Shown: piece after piece, positions 1-10,441 of the stretch | Numbering within the stretch: position 1 is the stretch's first letter | Layout: each line of letters opens with the position of its first letter | Assembly: GCA_963753435.1 (NCBI GenBank) | Contig: CAVWCF010000001.1 | Coordinates: 1,056,001-1,120,000, forward strand | DNA length: 64,000 bases | Reading direction: 5' to 3' | Source of the DNA: an uncultured Actinomycetota bacterium | GTDB lineage: Bacteria > Actinomycetota > Actinomycetes > CAVWCF01 | Made by a program: the position numbers and the translations under genes | The notes under the pieces: generated by a model | Databases searched by the model: none | Told to the model about the DNA's origin: nothing | Seen by the model: the letters and a program-made list of their open reading frames with translations, nothing else

Positions 1-1068
1 TGCCAGGCCATCGAGCAGGCCTGCGGGGTCAGCGTGGACGGGCAGCTGCGCGCACTGCGGCGGCTGCTCTATTGCGGCGAATGGGTGGAGAGCCACACCT
101 TGCACATCTACCTGTTGCACGCTCCGGACTTCTTGGGCTTCCCGGACGCGCTACGGATGGGTGCGCAGCATCGAGGGGCGCTGGAGCGCGGGCTGGAACT
201 CAAGCGAATCGGCAACCGCATCGTCGAGGTGGTGGGCGGCCGCGCCGTGCACCCGATCAACGTGGCCGTGGGTGGCTTCTTCCGACTCCCGACGGCTACG
301 GAGTTGGCCGACCTGCGCGGGGAGTTGCTGACCGCTCGGGACCTGGCCGTCGAGACCGTGCACTGGGTGTCCGGATTCGACTTCCCGGACCTGGACGTGG
401 ACCTGGAGATGGTCGCGCTCAGCCACGACGACGAGTACGCCATCGACTCCGGTCACGTGGCCAGCACTACCGGCCGACGGCTGGACGTGGCCGCCTTCGG
501 GGATCTCACGGAGGAGTTCCAGGTTCCCTACTCCACCGCCAAGCACGCACGCCTGGCCGGATCAACCCCGTACCTGGTCGGCCCTATGGCGCGCTGGACC
601 CTGAACTCCGAGCAGATCACCGGGTTGACCGCTGAGGTCGCCCGCGATGTCAAGCAGGACCTCCGGTGCCGCAACCCGTTCCGCAGCATCGTCGTGCGCG
701 CACTTGAGGTGCTCTACGCCGTCGATGAGGCCATCCGGCTCATCGACGACTACACCGCGCCAGAACAACCGAGAATCCCCGTCATCGCTCGGGCCGGTAC
801 CGGCCACGGTGCGACCGAAGCGCCGCGCGGCCTGCTGTATCACCGCTATTCGCTGGACCCGGACGGAATCATCACCGCCGCCGAGATCATCCCGCCGACC
901 TCGCAGAACCAACCCGCCATCGAGCACGACCTATGGAACGTGGTCGAGGGCAATCTGCAACTGCCCGACGACGAACTGCAGCAGATAGCCGAAACGACAA
1001 TTCGCAACTACGACCCGTGCATCTCGTGCGCGACGCACTTCCTCGACCTGACGGTGACGCGCAGGTGA
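1..1068 (+). CDS. [NiFe]-hydrogenase large subunit, group 3b-like (5' truncated by window edge)
   Basis: Frame open from base 1 (CQAIEQACG...). Motifs ESHxLHxYxLxAPDFLG, GGRxxHP, EAPRGLLYH, PTSQN and the C-terminal L2 motif RNYDPCISCATH, followed by a short cleavable tail FLDLTVTRR. Confidence 0.92.
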   Translation, partial: CQAIEQACGVSVDGQLRALRRLLYCGEWVESHTLHIYLLHAPDFLGFPDALRMGAQHRGALERGLELKRIGNRIVEVVGGRAVHPINVAVGGFFRLPTATELADLRGELLTARDLAVETVHWVSGFDFPDLDVDLEMVALSHDDEYAIDSGHVASTTGRRLDVAAFGDLTEEFQVPYSTAKHARLAGSTPYLVGPMARWTLNSEQITGLTAEVARDVKQDLRCRNPFRSIVVRALEVLYAVDEAIRLIDDYTAPEQPRIPVIARAGTGHGATEAPRGLLYHRYSLDPDGIITAAEIIPPTSQNQPAIEHDLWNVVEGNLQLPDDELQQIAETTIRNYDPCISCATHFLDLTVTRR

Positions 1069-1514
1069 AGTTGCTGTTGGGCATCGGCAATCCCGACCGC
1101 AGCGATGACGGCGTCGGCCCGCATGTCGTCAGGGCCGCCACCGACCTGCCTGCCGACGTAACCACGTTGGTCCTGGACGGGGAGCCCGCGCGCATCGTCG
1201 AGGCTTGGCGCGGCGCCGAGATCGCCGTCGTCGTGGACGCCGTCCGGACCGGGGCAGCGCCCGGCACCTTGCACCGGGTCACGTCGCAGCAACTGGCCGA
1301 TGACCTCCCGCCGGCAGTGTCCAGCCACGGAGCCGGTCTGCGCGAAGCGGTCGCACTGGGTGAACTGCTGCAGCGACTGCCACAACGGCTGCTCATCATC
1401 GGCGTCGAGGCCGCCGACGTCTCCCACGGATCCGCATTGACCCAAGCGGTCGCCGCTGCGGTCCCCCGCGCCGTCGAGATGGCCCGCGACGAGCTCCGCG
1501 GGGAGTCCGGATGA
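1065..1514 (+). CDS. hydrogenase maturation endopeptidase (HycI/HybD family)
   Basis: GTG overlaps the upstream stop (GTGA); motifs GIGNxDRxDDGVG, VVVDAV, SSHG. Confidence 0.9.
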   Translation: MKLLLGIGNPDRSDDGVGPHVVRAATDLPADVTTLVLDGEPARIVEAWRGAEIAVVVDAVRTGAAPGTLHRVTSQQLADDLPPAVSSHGAGLREAVALGELLQRLPQRLLIIGVEAADVSHGSALTQAVAAAVPRAVEMARDELRGESG

Positions 1515-3853
1515 GGACCGCCACGACACCGGTCACCCGGGTCGCGATCCGGATCACCGGCCTGACTCAAGGCGTGGGCTTTCGGCCATTCGTGCACCGA
1601 TTGGCCCGCGCCTGCGGCGTCGCCGGTCACGTCGGCAACGACGGGTTGGGCGTCTTCTGCGAGGCCGAGGGTCCATCAGCAGCGGTGGCGGAATTCGTTG
1701 ACCTGCTGCGCCGGGATGCACCGCCGGCGGCCATCGTCCAGGACCTGCAAGCAGACGAGATCCCGGTGATCGGCGAGACCGGGTTTCGCATCGTGCCCAG
1801 CGACAGCGCAACGCCGATAGCCACTACTGCCCCACCGGACCGCGCGATCTGCGCCGAATGCGCCGGCGAGATGTTGGACGCTTCCGACCGTCGGCATGGG
1901 CACCCCCTCATCGCCTGCACCAACTGCGGCCCGCGTTACTCCATGGTCACCGGGGTTCCCTACGACCGGCACCACACGACCATGACCACCTTTGCGCTGT
2001 GCCCGACCTGTCAGGCCGAGTACGACGACCCGGACGATCGCCGATTCCACGCCCAGCCCACCGCCTGCCCCGAATGCGGACCACGACTGCACTTCGCCGC
2101 CGGAGCCGGATCGGAGCCGATCCACGGCGACGCCGACGCCATCGCTGCGGCACGCCGGGTGCTGGCCGAAGGCGGGATCCTCGCCATCAAGGGGGTCGGC
2201 GGCTACCACCTGGCGTGCGACGCCGGTGACCCCGATGCGGTCGAGCGGCTGCGCCGCCGCAAGCAACGTGGGCCCAAGCCGTTCGCGGTCATGGTGCGCG
2301 ATCTCGAGGTGGCGCAACGTCTGGGCGAACTGTCCGAATCCGCCCGGACCGCATTGGTCGCACCGGCGGCCCCCATCGTGCTGGTTGCGCCAACCCGCGC
2401 GGGGATGCAGGTGGCGCAATCGGTGGCGCCCGGTGCCCGCGCCGCCGCCAAGGGCACGATCGGCCTGCTGCTGCCCTACACGGGCGTCCAGATCCTGCTC
2501 CTGCAGCCTGGCCCGCCCGGCTCGCCCGCGGTGCCCGAGGCACTGGTCATGACGTCGGGCAACCGAACTGATGAGCCGCTGTGCACTGCAGCCGACGAAG
2601 CCGAGGCACGACTGGCCGACATCGCCGACGCCTTCCTGCACCACGACCGCCGCATCGTCGTCGGGTGCGACGACTCGGTGGTGCGTGTCGAAGCCGACGC
2701 GTCGATACCCATCCGCCGTAGCCGCGGGATCGCCCCGCTGCCGGTTCGGTTGCCAATGGACACCGAACCGCTCCTGGCCGTCGGTGGCGAACTGAAAGCG
2801 ACCGTCTGCTTGGCCGCCGACCGGCGGGCCGTCCTCAGCCAGCACCTTGGCGACGTCGGCTCCTGGGAGACGGTGCAGAACCTGCAACGCACCGTCGAGC
2901 ACCTGCAGCGGATCACCGGGATTCAGCCACAAAGCGTCGCCGCGGACCTGCACCCCGGGTACCAGTCCAGACGCTGGGCCGAGGACTTCGCCGGCGAGCA
3001 CGGGCTGGCGGTTCATCTGGTGCAGCACCACCACGCGCACCTGGCGTCGCTGTTGGCCGAGCACGCGTGGGCCGGCGGCCCGGTGCTCGGCGTCGTCTTC
3101 GACGGCACCGGTTACGGCGACGACGAGACCATCTGGGGTGGGGAGTTCCTCCTCGGCGGGTTCGCCGAGGTCCGGCGGGTTGGGCACTTGCGCCCGATCC
3201 CCTTGCCTGGCGGGGATGCCGCCATCCGGCGCCCGGCGCGCACGGCGCTGGCGCACTTGAACGCCGCCGGGTTGTCGTGGGCGCAGGCGCTGCCGCCGGT
3301 GGCGGCCGCCGATCCCCAGGAGCGGCAGGTGCTTGCGCAAATGCTCGCCTCCGGGGCCGGCTGCACACCGACCACCAGCGTGGGACGGCTGTTTGATGCG
3401 GTGTCATCGCTGCTGGGCGTCTGCCACGACTCCAGGTACGAAGGACAAGCCGCCATGGCACTGGAGGCGCTGGCCGCGGGTACCGCTGAATCGACGGAGT
3501 TAGCGATCGACGTGGCCGATGGCGACCCGGTGCTGCTTGACCCCAGTGGCCTGATGGCCGCAGCCGTGGCCGCCCTGCTTGGTGGCCGGCCCGCCGCGAC
3601 CATCGCCGCCGGGTTCCACAAAGCGCTTGCGGATTCGGTGCTGCAAGCAGCCGTCCTGATGCGCCACCGCGAAGGGGTCGAAACGGTGGGGCTGACCGGC
3701 GGCGTGTTCCAGAACGCGCTGTTGCTCCGCCTGTGTTCGCAGCGACTCGCCGCCGCCGGCTTCGTCGTCCTCACGCACCGCGAGGTGCCGGCCAACGACG
3801 GCGGGCTGGCGCTGGGGCAGGCTGCGGTCGTGGCAGCTGGCGGAGGGACCTGA
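1511..3853 (+). CDS. hypF: carbamoyltransferase HypF
   Basis: Acylphosphatase domain QGVGFRPFV, zinc fingers Cxx[46 protein letters not shown]. Confidence 0.97.
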   Translation: MRTATTPVTRVAIRITGLTQGVGFRPFVHRLARACGVAGHVGNDGLGVFCEAEGPSAAVAEFVDLLRRDAPPAAIVQDLQADEIPVIGETGFRIVPSDSATPIATTAPPDRAICAECAGEMLDASDRRHGHPLIACTNCGPRYSMVTGVPYDRHHTTMTTFALCPTCQAEYDDPDDRRFHAQPTACPECGPRLHFAAGAGSEPIHGDADAIAAARRVLAEGGILAIKGVGGYHLACDAGDPDAVERLRRRKQRGPKPFAVMVRDLEVAQRLGELSESARTALVAPAAPIVLVAPTRAGMQVAQSVAPGARAAAKGTIGLLLPYTGVQILLLQPGPPGSPAVPEALVMTSGNRTDEPLCTAADEAEARLADIADAFLHHDRRIVVGCDDSVVRVEADASIPIRRSRGIAPLPVRLPMDTEPLLAVGGELKATVCLAADRRAVLSQHLGDVGSWETVQNLQRTVEHLQRITGIQPQSVAADLHPGYQSRRWAEDFAGEHGLAVHLVQHHHAHLASLLAEHAWAGGPVLGVVFDGTGYGDDETIWGGEFLLGGFAEVRRVGHLRPIPLPGGDAAIRRPARTALAHLNAAGLSWAQALPPVAAADPQERQVLAQMLASGAGCTPTTSVGRLFDAVSSLLGVCHDSRYEGQAAMALEALAAGTAESTELAIDVADGDPVLLDPSGLMAAAVAALLGGRPAATIAAGFHKALADSVLQAAVLMRHREGVETVGLTGGVFQNALLLRLCSQRLAAAGFVVLTHREVPANDGGLALGQAAVVAAGGGT

Positions 3854-3855
3854 TC

Positions 3856-4104
3856 ATGTGTCTGGGCATTCCCGGTCGCGTCGAGTCGGTGTTCGAGACC
3901 GACGGCACCCGCATGGGTCGGGTCGATTTCGGCGGCGTGCGCAAAGAGGTGTGCCTGGCGTACGTGCCCGAGGTGCAAGTCGGGGACTGGACCATCGTGC
4001 ACGTCGGGTTCGCTATCACCCGCCTGGACGAGGAGTCCGCGCAGCAGACCTTGCAGCTGTTGGCCCAGACCGGACAGCTGACCGAGGAGTTGGGGCCGGA
4101 GTGA
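3856..4104 (+). CDS. hypC: hydrogenase chaperone HypC
   Basis: MCLGIPG start, [13 protein letters not shown]; GGAGG upstream. Confidence 0.96.
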   Translation: MCLGIPGRVESVFETDGTRMGRVDFGGVRKEVCLAYVPEVQVGDWTIVHVGFAITRLDEESAQQTLQLLAQTGQLTEELGPE

Positions 4105-5204
4105 AGTACCTGGACGAGTTCGCCGACCCCGAGCTGGCGCGGCGGCTGCTCGACGACATCGCCGGCTTCGTCACCGGGCCGTGGGCGCTGATGGAGGTCT
4201 GCGGCGGGCAGACACACACGGTCATCCGGCACGGCTTGGACCAGTTGCTCCCGGACTCGGTCGAGTTGATCCACGGTCCCGGCTGCCCGGTGTGCGTCAC
4301 CCCGCTGACCACAATCGAGCGCGCGCTGGCCATCGCCGCCAAGGAAGATGTGGTGTTCTGCTCCTTCGGCGACATGCTCCGGGTTCCGGGGACCGACGAG
4401 GACCTCTTCGGCATCAAGAGCCGCGGGGCCGACGTCCGGATCGTCTACTCGCCTTTGGATGCGGTGCGTATTGCTCAGGCCGAGCCGGACAAACAAGTCG
4501 TCTTCTTCGGCATCGGATTCGAAACCACGGCCCCGGCGAATGCGATGGCGGTGGTCCTGGCCGACCGGCTGGGCCTGAGGAACTTCTCGATGCTGGCCAG
4601 CCACGTCCTCGTGCCGCCGGCCATCAGGGCGATCATGGAGTCCGAACAGTGCCGCGTGCAGGGGTTCCTGGCGGCCGGCCATGTCTGCACCGTGATGGGC
4701 ACGTCGCAGTACGAGCCGTTGGCGCGCCAATACGGCGTACCGATCGTCGTCACCGGTTTCGAACCACTCGATCTGCTGGACGGCATTCGGCGCGCACTGC
4801 GGCAGCTCGAAGCCGGCGAGGCCAAGGTGGAAAACGCCTATCCGCGCGCGGTCAGCGACACCGGCAACCTGGAAGCACAGCGCGTGGTCAACGACGTCTT
4901 CACGGTCACGGACCGGCATTGGCGCGGTATCGGGCTGATCCCGGACTCCGGGTGGCGGTTGGCCGATCGGTGGCAGCAGTACGACGCCGAACACCGGTTC
5001 GCAGTGACCGACGTGACCGCGGAATCCCCGGTCGCCTGTCGCGCCGGCGAGGTGCTGCAAGGGCTGATCAAGCCGACCGAGTGCGCCGCATTCGGCACGG
5101 ACTGCACCCCGGTCCGGCCGCTGGGCGCCCCAATGGTCTCCAGCGAAGGCGCTTGTGCCGCCTACTACCAGTTCCGGCGCCTACAGCCCACGGCTGCACC
5201 GTGA
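4101..5204 (+). CDS. hypD: hydrogenase formation protein HypD
   Basis: [40 protein letters not shown]; GTGA overlap with hypC. Confidence 0.97.
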   Translation: MKYLDEFADPELARRLLDDIAGFVTGPWALMEVCGGQTHTVIRHGLDQLLPDSVELIHGPGCPVCVTPLTTIERALAIAAKEDVVFCSFGDMLRVPGTDEDLFGIKSRGADVRIVYSPLDAVRIAQAEPDKQVVFFGIGFETTAPANAMAVVLADRLGLRNFSMLASHVLVPPAIRAIMESEQCRVQGFLAAGHVCTVMGTSQYEPLARQYGVPIVVTGFEPLDLLDGIRRALRQLEAGEAKVENAYPRAVSDTGNLEAQRVVNDVFTVTDRHWRGIGLIPDSGWRLADRWQQYDAEHRFAVTDVTAESPVACRAGEVLQGLIKPTECAAFGTDCTPVRPLGAPMVSSEGACAAYYQFRRLQPTAAP

Positions 5205-6298
5205 GCGCGGATCCAGCCGATTGGGTCTGCCCAACGCCCCTGCGGCATCACCCGAACATCGTCATGGGGCACGGCGGCGGCGGTCGGCTGTCCGCTGATC
5301 TCATCGAACACCTGATCGTGCCCGCGTTTACCGCCACCGGAGTCGGTGGCGTTGGTTCGGCGGCGACCCAGTCCGCCGACACGGAGTTGTTGCGACTCGC
5401 CGACGCCGCCACCCTGGACCCGATCGATGGACGCCTGGCCTTCACGACCGACTCCTACGTGGTGCGACCAAGGTTCTTTCCGGGCGGGTGCATCGGCGAC
5501 TTGGCGGTCAACGGCACGGTGAACGACCTGGCGATGGTCGGCGCTCGGCCGCTGTACCTGTCCGTCGGGTTCGTGCTTGAGGAGGGGCTGCCGCTGGCGG
5601 AGTTGGCTGCGGTTGTCGAAGCCCTGGCCGCAGCGGCTCGGGTAGCGGATGTGCGCGTTGTCACGGGCGACACGAAGGTTGTCGACGCTGGTCACGGAGA
5701 TGGCATCTACGTCAACACCGCCGGGGTCGGGGTCGTCCCCGATGGCGTATCCATCGGCCCGGACCGGGTGCTGCCCGGCGATGCGTTGATCCTCAGCGGC
5801 CCGATCGGCCGACACGGCATTGCGGTGATGAGCGTTCGGGAGGGCCTGGAGTTCGGAACTGAGATCCGCTCGGACACGGCGCCGGTCGCTGGCGCGGTTG
5901 CTGCGTTGCTGGCCGCCGGTGTCACCGTGCACGCGCTGCGCGACCCGACCCGCGGCGGCGTGGCGGCAACTCTCAACGAGTTGGCTGTCGCCTCCGCGGT
6001 CGGGTTCGAGTTCGACGAAAGCGCCGTGCCGGTTCCGGCGGAGGTGCGCGCTGCGTGCGGCTTCTTGGGCCTGGACCCGCTGGCCGTGGCCAACGAAGGC
6101 TGCTTCGTCGCGGCAGTTCCGGCTGATCAGTGCGATGCGGCCCTAGCCGTGCTCCGAGCCGTGGACGTGTCCGCAGCCGCGGTGCGCTTTGGCACCGCCG
6201 TCGCCGAGCACCCCGGGGTGGTGCTGGCGCGCACCGCCATCGGCGGTTCACGGGTGGTGGATCGGCCGCTGGCCGAGCCGCTGCCGCGCATCTGCTGA
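5201..6298 (+). CDS. hypE: carbamoyl dehydratase HypE
   Basis: [38 protein letters not shown] and C-terminal PRIC; GTGA overlap with hypD. Confidence 0.97.
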   Translation: MSADPADWVCPTPLRHHPNIVMGHGGGGRLSADLIEHLIVPAFTATGVGGVGSAATQSADTELLRLADAATLDPIDGRLAFTTDSYVVRPRFFPGGCIGDLAVNGTVNDLAMVGARPLYLSVGFVLEEGLPLAELAAVVEALAAAARVADVRVVTGDTKVVDAGHGDGIYVNTAGVGVVPDGVSIGPDRVLPGDALILSGPIGRHGIAVMSVREGLEFGTEIRSDTAPVAGAVAALLAAGVTVHALRDPTRGGVAATLNELAVASAVGFEFDESAVPVPAEVRAACGFLGLDPLAVANEGCFVAAVPADQCDAALAVLRAVDVSAAAVRFGTAVAEHPGVVLARTAIGGSRVVDRPLAEPLPRIC

Positions 6299-6302
6299 GC
6301 AG

Positions 6303-7037
6303 CTACCAGGGGATCGCTTCGCCGTTGTAGCGGACGAAGCGCCCGGAGTCGGCCGGGGTCGCAGCCTCGATGACTTCGGCGATGCCGTCGACCGATTCGT
6401 CCACTTCGACGGTGGCGCCGCCGATGCCCATCCGGGTCTTGACGTGGCCAGGACACAACGCGAAGACCACGACCCCGCGGGGGGCCAACTCCCTGGCGAT
6501 GATCGTGGTTGCCTTGTTCAGCGCTGCCTTGCTGGTCGTATAGGCGATCGCCGGCCGATCGCTGCCCCCGATCGAGCCGGCCGTGCTCGACATCATCACG
6601 ACGATGCGACGATCGCTGGCCGCGACGTTGTCCGCCAACGCTTCGGTTAGCCGTACCGGGCCCAGCGTGTTGGTCAGCAGGACATCCGTCCACAGGTCGT
6701 AGTCGATGCCGCCGAACCGCTGCCTGTGAATGTGCTCGGCCAACGGCTGCGGGCCCATCGTGCCCGCGTTGTTGATCAGGACGTCAATTGCCGTGTCGCC
6801 GACTCGTTCGGCGAACTCCGCCACGGATGCGGCATCAGCCACATCGAGTCGCTCCAGAGTCACTGCTGCCCCGCCGCTGCGCAGTTGTGCCAGCGAATCG
6901 GCACTACCCGGGTCGCGCGCTGTCGCGATCACCCGCCAACCGGCGCCCGCGTACTTGCGCGCGAGCCCAAGGCCGATCCCCCGATTCGCGCCGGTGATCA
7001 CCACCACCGGCGGCTCAGCGCCCAGGGCTACTCCCAC
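6303..7037 (-). CDS. short-chain dehydrogenase/reductase (CsgA/C-factor-like SDR); start uncertain (7037 or 7007)
   Basis: [17 protein letters not shown] catalytic motif, PGHVKT, C-terminal IPW. Confidence 0.9.
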   Translation of the reverse strand: MGVALGAEPPVVVITGANRGIGLGLARKYAGAGWRVIATARDPGSADSLAQLRSGGAAVTLERLDVADAASVAEFAERVGDTAIDVLINNAGTMGPQPLAEHIHRQRFGGIDYDLWTDVLLTNTLGPVRLTEALADNVAASDRRIVVMMSSTAGSIGGSDRPAIAYTTSKAALNKATTIIARELAPRGVVVFALCPGHVKTRMGIGGATVEVDESVDGIAEVIEAATPADSGRFVRYNGEAIPW

Positions 7038-8596
7038 TCGATGGTGCCGGGCGGCTTGCTGGTTACGTCCAGCACGACCCGGTTCACTTCGCGAACCTCG
7101 TTGGTGATCCGCGTGGAGATGCGTGCCAGCAGGTCGTACGGCAGCCGCGACCAATCGGCGGTCATGGCGTCCTCGCTGGAGACGGGGCGCAGCACGATGG
7201 GGTGCCCGTAGGTGCGGCCATCGCCTTGTACGCCGACGCTGCGGACGTCCGCGAGCAGCACGACCGGGAACTGCCAGATCTCGCGGTCCAGACCGGCGGC
7301 GGTGACCTCTTCCCGGACGATGGCGTCGGCGGCGCGCAGAACGGCCAGCCGGTCGGCATCGACGGCGCCCACGATCCGGATGGCCAGACCCGGACCCGGG
7401 AAGGGGTGGCGCCAGACGATCTCCGGGGGCAGGCCCAACTCCAGTCCGACCGCGCGAACCTCGTCCTTGAACAGGGACCGCAGCGGCTCGACGAGCGCGA
7501 ACTCGAGGTCGTCGGGCAGACCGCCGACGTTGTGGTGGGACTTGATGTTGGCCGTTCCGGTGCCGCCACCGGACTCCACCACGTCGGGGTAGAGGGTTCC
7601 CTGCACGAGGAAGTCGACGCGCTCGCCGTGCGCGCCGGCATCGGCGACCACCTGACGCGCGGCGTCCTCGAACACCCGGATGAACTCCCGACCGATGATC
7701 TTTCGCTTCGTCTCGGGGTCGGCGACGTCGGCGAGCGCGTCCAGGAACCGCTGCCGGGCGTCGACGACCACCAGCGAGATACCGGTCGCGGCCACGTAGT
7801 CCTTCTCCACCTGCTCGGCTTCACCGGAGCGCAGCAGGCCGTGATCGACGAACACGCAGGTGAGTTGGTCCCCCACCGCCTTGTGCACGAGCGCCGCTGC
7901 GACCGCGGAATCCACGCCGCCGGAAAGCCCACAGATGACCCGGGCGTCCCCGATCTGATCGGCGATCCGACCGACCTGCTCGTCGATGACGCTTTCGGTG
8001 GTCCAGTCCGGCTTGATGCCGGCGATGTCGTAGAGGAAACGCTGCAACAGCTCCTGCCCGTGGGCGGTGTGCAGCACCTCTGGGTGGAACTGAACTCCCG
8101 CCAGGGACCGACCGAGATCCTCAAATGCGGCAACCGGCGCGCCCGCGGTGGTGGCCGTGACCGCGAACCCATCGGGCGCCCGGTGCACCGCGTCACCGTG
8201 GCTCATCCAGACGGTCTGTTCGGCCGGTGTTTCCGCAAAGAGCCGCGAATCGGTCCCGGTGACGGTCAACTGGGTGCCGCCGAACTCACTGAGCCCGGTC
8301 TGCACGACTTCGCCGCCCAGGGCTTGGGCCATCGCCTGGAAGCCGTAGCAGATGCCGAAGACCGGTACGCCGACTTCGAACAGCGCCGTGTCGATCCGGG
8401 GTGCGCCTTCGGCGTAGACGCTTGCCGGTCCCCCGGACAGGATCACCGCGGCCGGTCGCATCGCGGCGATCTCGTCGGCCGACAAGGTGCTGGGGACGAT
8501 CTCGGAGTAGACGTTCGCCTCGCGAACCCGGCGGGCGATCAACTGCGCGTACTGCGCCCCGAAGTCGACAACGAGGACCTTCTGGTGCGCGGCCAC
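7028..8596 (-). CDS. guaA: GMP synthase (glutamine-hydrolysing)
   Basis: [44 protein letters not shown]; GTG start at 8596. Confidence 0.98.
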   Translation of the reverse strand: MAAHQKVLVVDFGAQYAQLIARRVREANVYSEIVPSTLSADEIAAMRPAAVILSGGPASVYAEGAPRIDTALFEVGVPVFGICYGFQAMAQALGGEVVQTGLSEFGGTQLTVTGTDSRLFAETPAEQTVWMSHGDAVHRAPDGFAVTATTAGAPVAAFEDLGRSLAGVQFHPEVLHTAHGQELLQRFLYDIAGIKPDWTTESVIDEQVGRIADQIGDARVICGLSGGVDSAVAAALVHKAVGDQLTCVFVDHGLLRSGEAEQVEKDYVAATGISLVVVDARQRFLDALADVADPETKRKIIGREFIRVFEDAARQVVADAGAHGERVDFLVQGTLYPDVVESGGGTGTANIKSHHNVGGLPDDLEFALVEPLRSLFKDEVRAVGLELGLPPEIVWRHPFPGPGLAIRIVGAVDADRLAVLRAADAIVREEVTAAGLDREIWQFPVVLLADVRSVGVQGDGRTYGHPIVLRPVSSEDAMTADWSRLPYDLLARISTRITNEVREVNRVVLDVTSKPPGTIEWE

Positions 8597-8603
8597 AGGG
8601 CGG

Positions 8604-8609
8604 ACCCTA
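8604..8609 (-). promoter_or_regulatory. putative -10 element (TAGGGT) of a leaderless guaA transcript
   Basis: TAGGGT, 7 nt, then GTG; no Shine-Dalgarno sequence. Confidence 0.55.
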
Positions 8610-8724
8610 AGCGGTGGCGACCCTCGCCTGCGTGGGTGGGTGACGAGGGCGCCACCGACTGAAGTAACGCAGGTAGCCATGCGTCCCGCACCTTGACAGC
8701 AGCGGACTGAACCGGTTGTGACGC

Positions 8725-8772
8725 GATGCCTCAGAACCCGGGATGTCTCAGAACCCGGGATGTCTCAGAACC
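8725..8772. repeat. 17-bp tandem repeat (about 2.8 copies) that includes the choD stop codon
   Basis: gatgcctcagaacccgg / gatgtctcagaacccgg / gatgtctcagaacc. Confidence 0.9.
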
Positions 8773-10441
8773 GCAGCGCAGCCGGAGCGTCGGCGGGGAC
8801 CACGGGTGCTTTGGGGGCGACCGGCTCGACCCGCTGGTAGCCCGCGCCCGGTCGCGGCCTTGGGTCCGGCTCGTTCTTGTTCGGCCACATCGCGAAGGCC
8901 CGTTCCGCCTGCGCGGTGATGGTCAGCGATGGGTTCACGCCCAGGTTGCCGGTGATCGTCGACCCGTCCACCACCGACAGGCCGGGCTGCCCATGAACCC
9001 GGTGGTAGGGGTCCACGACGCTTTCGGCCGGATCGGTCCCGATCACGCAGCCGCCCAGGAAGTGCGCTGTGAACGGGCGACGCACCAGATCGCCGAGGTT
9101 TCCCGCGGGCCGGCCGCCGAGGCGAGCCGCCATCGCCCGGATGGCCGCGGCGCCGGCGGGGATCCAGGTGGGATTGGGGGCGCCGTGGCCCTGTTTCGAT
9201 GTCAGCCCCGATCCGAATCGTCCCCGCTGCAGCGAGACGGTCACCGAGTTGTCCAGGGACTGCATCACCAGCGCGATCACCGAGCGCTCCGAAGCCCGGC
9301 GCACATTCAGGAACGACAGGGTGCCGCGTGGGTCCCGCCGGGTGTCGCGAAGCCACGTTCGCCAGCGCGGCTCGCCCGGAACGGGCTCAACCAGGCGCGT
9401 CCCTAGCAGGTACATCAGGTTGCTGCCCTTACCGAAGCGGACGGGCTCAACGTGGGTGTGCTCGTCGGGGTAGAAGGACGACGTGATCGCCACGCCCCGA
9501 CTGAAGTCACGACTAGCACCGGCGCCGCGGGCGAAGGCGCCGCCCAGGGACTCCGAGTTCGACCGGGTCAACCGCCCCAGGGCGCTCGAAACGCCGGGCA
9601 AATGGCCGGCCGCGCGCATCCGGTGCAGCAACAGTTGGGTGCCGTACGTCCCGGCGGCCAGCACCACCTCATCGGCCGTGACCGTGCCCCGGCGTCGTCG
9701 CACCGACCAACCCGACGGCGCGCAATCCACCGCGAAACCGCCAGCGTCGAGAGCGCGCACCGCAGTGACGGTCGTGTCCGGCACGATCCGCACGCCGGCG
9801 CGCTGCGCCAGCGCGAGGTAGTTCTTGGTCAAAGTGTTCTTGGCGTTGTGCCGACACCCGGTCATGCACTCACCGCACTCGGTACAACCGCGGCGAGCCG
9901 GCCCGGCGCCGCCGAAGTACGGGTCAGCAGCAGGCTCCCCCGGTCCGTCGCCGAAGAACACGCCGACCGGGGTGAGTTTGAAGGTCTTTGCCACGCCGAG
10001 GTCGGCGGCAACGTCGGCCATCAGCTCATCGGCGGGTGTCGGGGCGGGGTTGTCGACAGAACCGAGCATCCGCCGGGCCTGGTCGTAGTGCGCAGCGAGC
10101 TCTGCGCGCCAGTCGGTGATCGCCGACCAGGCGAGGTCTTCGAAGAAGTGCGCACCCGGCTCGTACAGGGTGTTGGCGTAGACCAGCGAACCGCCGCCGA
10201 CGCCGGCGCCGGCAAGGACCAGCAGGTCGTCCAGAGCGTGGATGCGTTGGATACCCCGCAACCCGAGTGCCGGTGCCCAGAGGTAGCGGCGCAATCGCCA
10301 CGACGTCTTCGGGAACTCGTCGTCGGCGTAGTCGCGACCGGCCTCGACCACGAGCACCCGATAGCCCTTCTCCGCCAGGCGCAGCGCCGCCACCGAGCCA
10401 CCGAACCCCGACCCGACGACGACAACGTCGAAGTGGCTCAC
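8765..10441 (-). CDS. choD: GMC oxidoreductase, cholesterol oxidase ChoD-like
   Basis: GSGFGGS FAD motif, GVGGGSLVYANTLY, CTECGECMTGC, TAHFLGG, GVNPSLTITAQAE; position between guaB3 and guaA; GTGA overlap with upstream gene. Confidence 0.88.
   Translation of the reverse strand: MSHFDVVVVGSGFGGSVAALRLAEKGYRVLVVEAGRDYADDEFPKTSWRLRRYLWAPALGLRGIQRIHALDDLLVLAGAGVGGGSLVYANTLYEPGAHFFEDLAWSAITDWRAELAAHYDQARRMLGSVDNPAPTPADELMADVAADLGVAKTFKLTPVGVFFGDGPGEPAADPYFGGAGPARRGCTECGECMTGCRHNAKNTLTKNYLALAQRAGVRIVPDTTVTAVRALDAGGFAVDCAPSGWSVRRRRGTVTADEVVLAAGTYGTQLLLHRMRAAGHLPGVSSALGRLTRSNSESLGGAFARGAGASRDFSRGVAITSSFYPDEHTHVEPVRFGKGSNLMYLLGTRLVEPVPGEPRWRTWLRDTRRDPRGTLSFLNVRRASERSVIALVMQSLDNSVTVSLQRGRFGSGLTSKQGHGAPNPTWIPAGAAAIRAMAARLGGRPAGNLGDLVRRPFTAHFLGGCVIGTDPAESVVDPYHRVHGQPGLSVVDGSTITGNLGVNPSLTITAQAERAFAMWPNKNEPDPRPRPGAGYQRVEPVAPKAPVVPADAPAALRF

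Noticed and set aside
1000-1068. Selenocysteine ([NiFeSe]) hydrogenase
   Set aside because: The L2 motif uses TGC codons (DPCISC); no in-frame TGA.
933-5200. N-terminally extended ORF-track versions of the protease, hypC, hypD and hypE
   Set aside because: The extensions overlap upstream genes; the real starts fall at the GTGA overlaps or at the conserved MCL start.
8597-8724. Purine riboswitch upstream of guaA
   Set aside because: No purine-riboswitch core is visible, and guaA appears to be leaderless.
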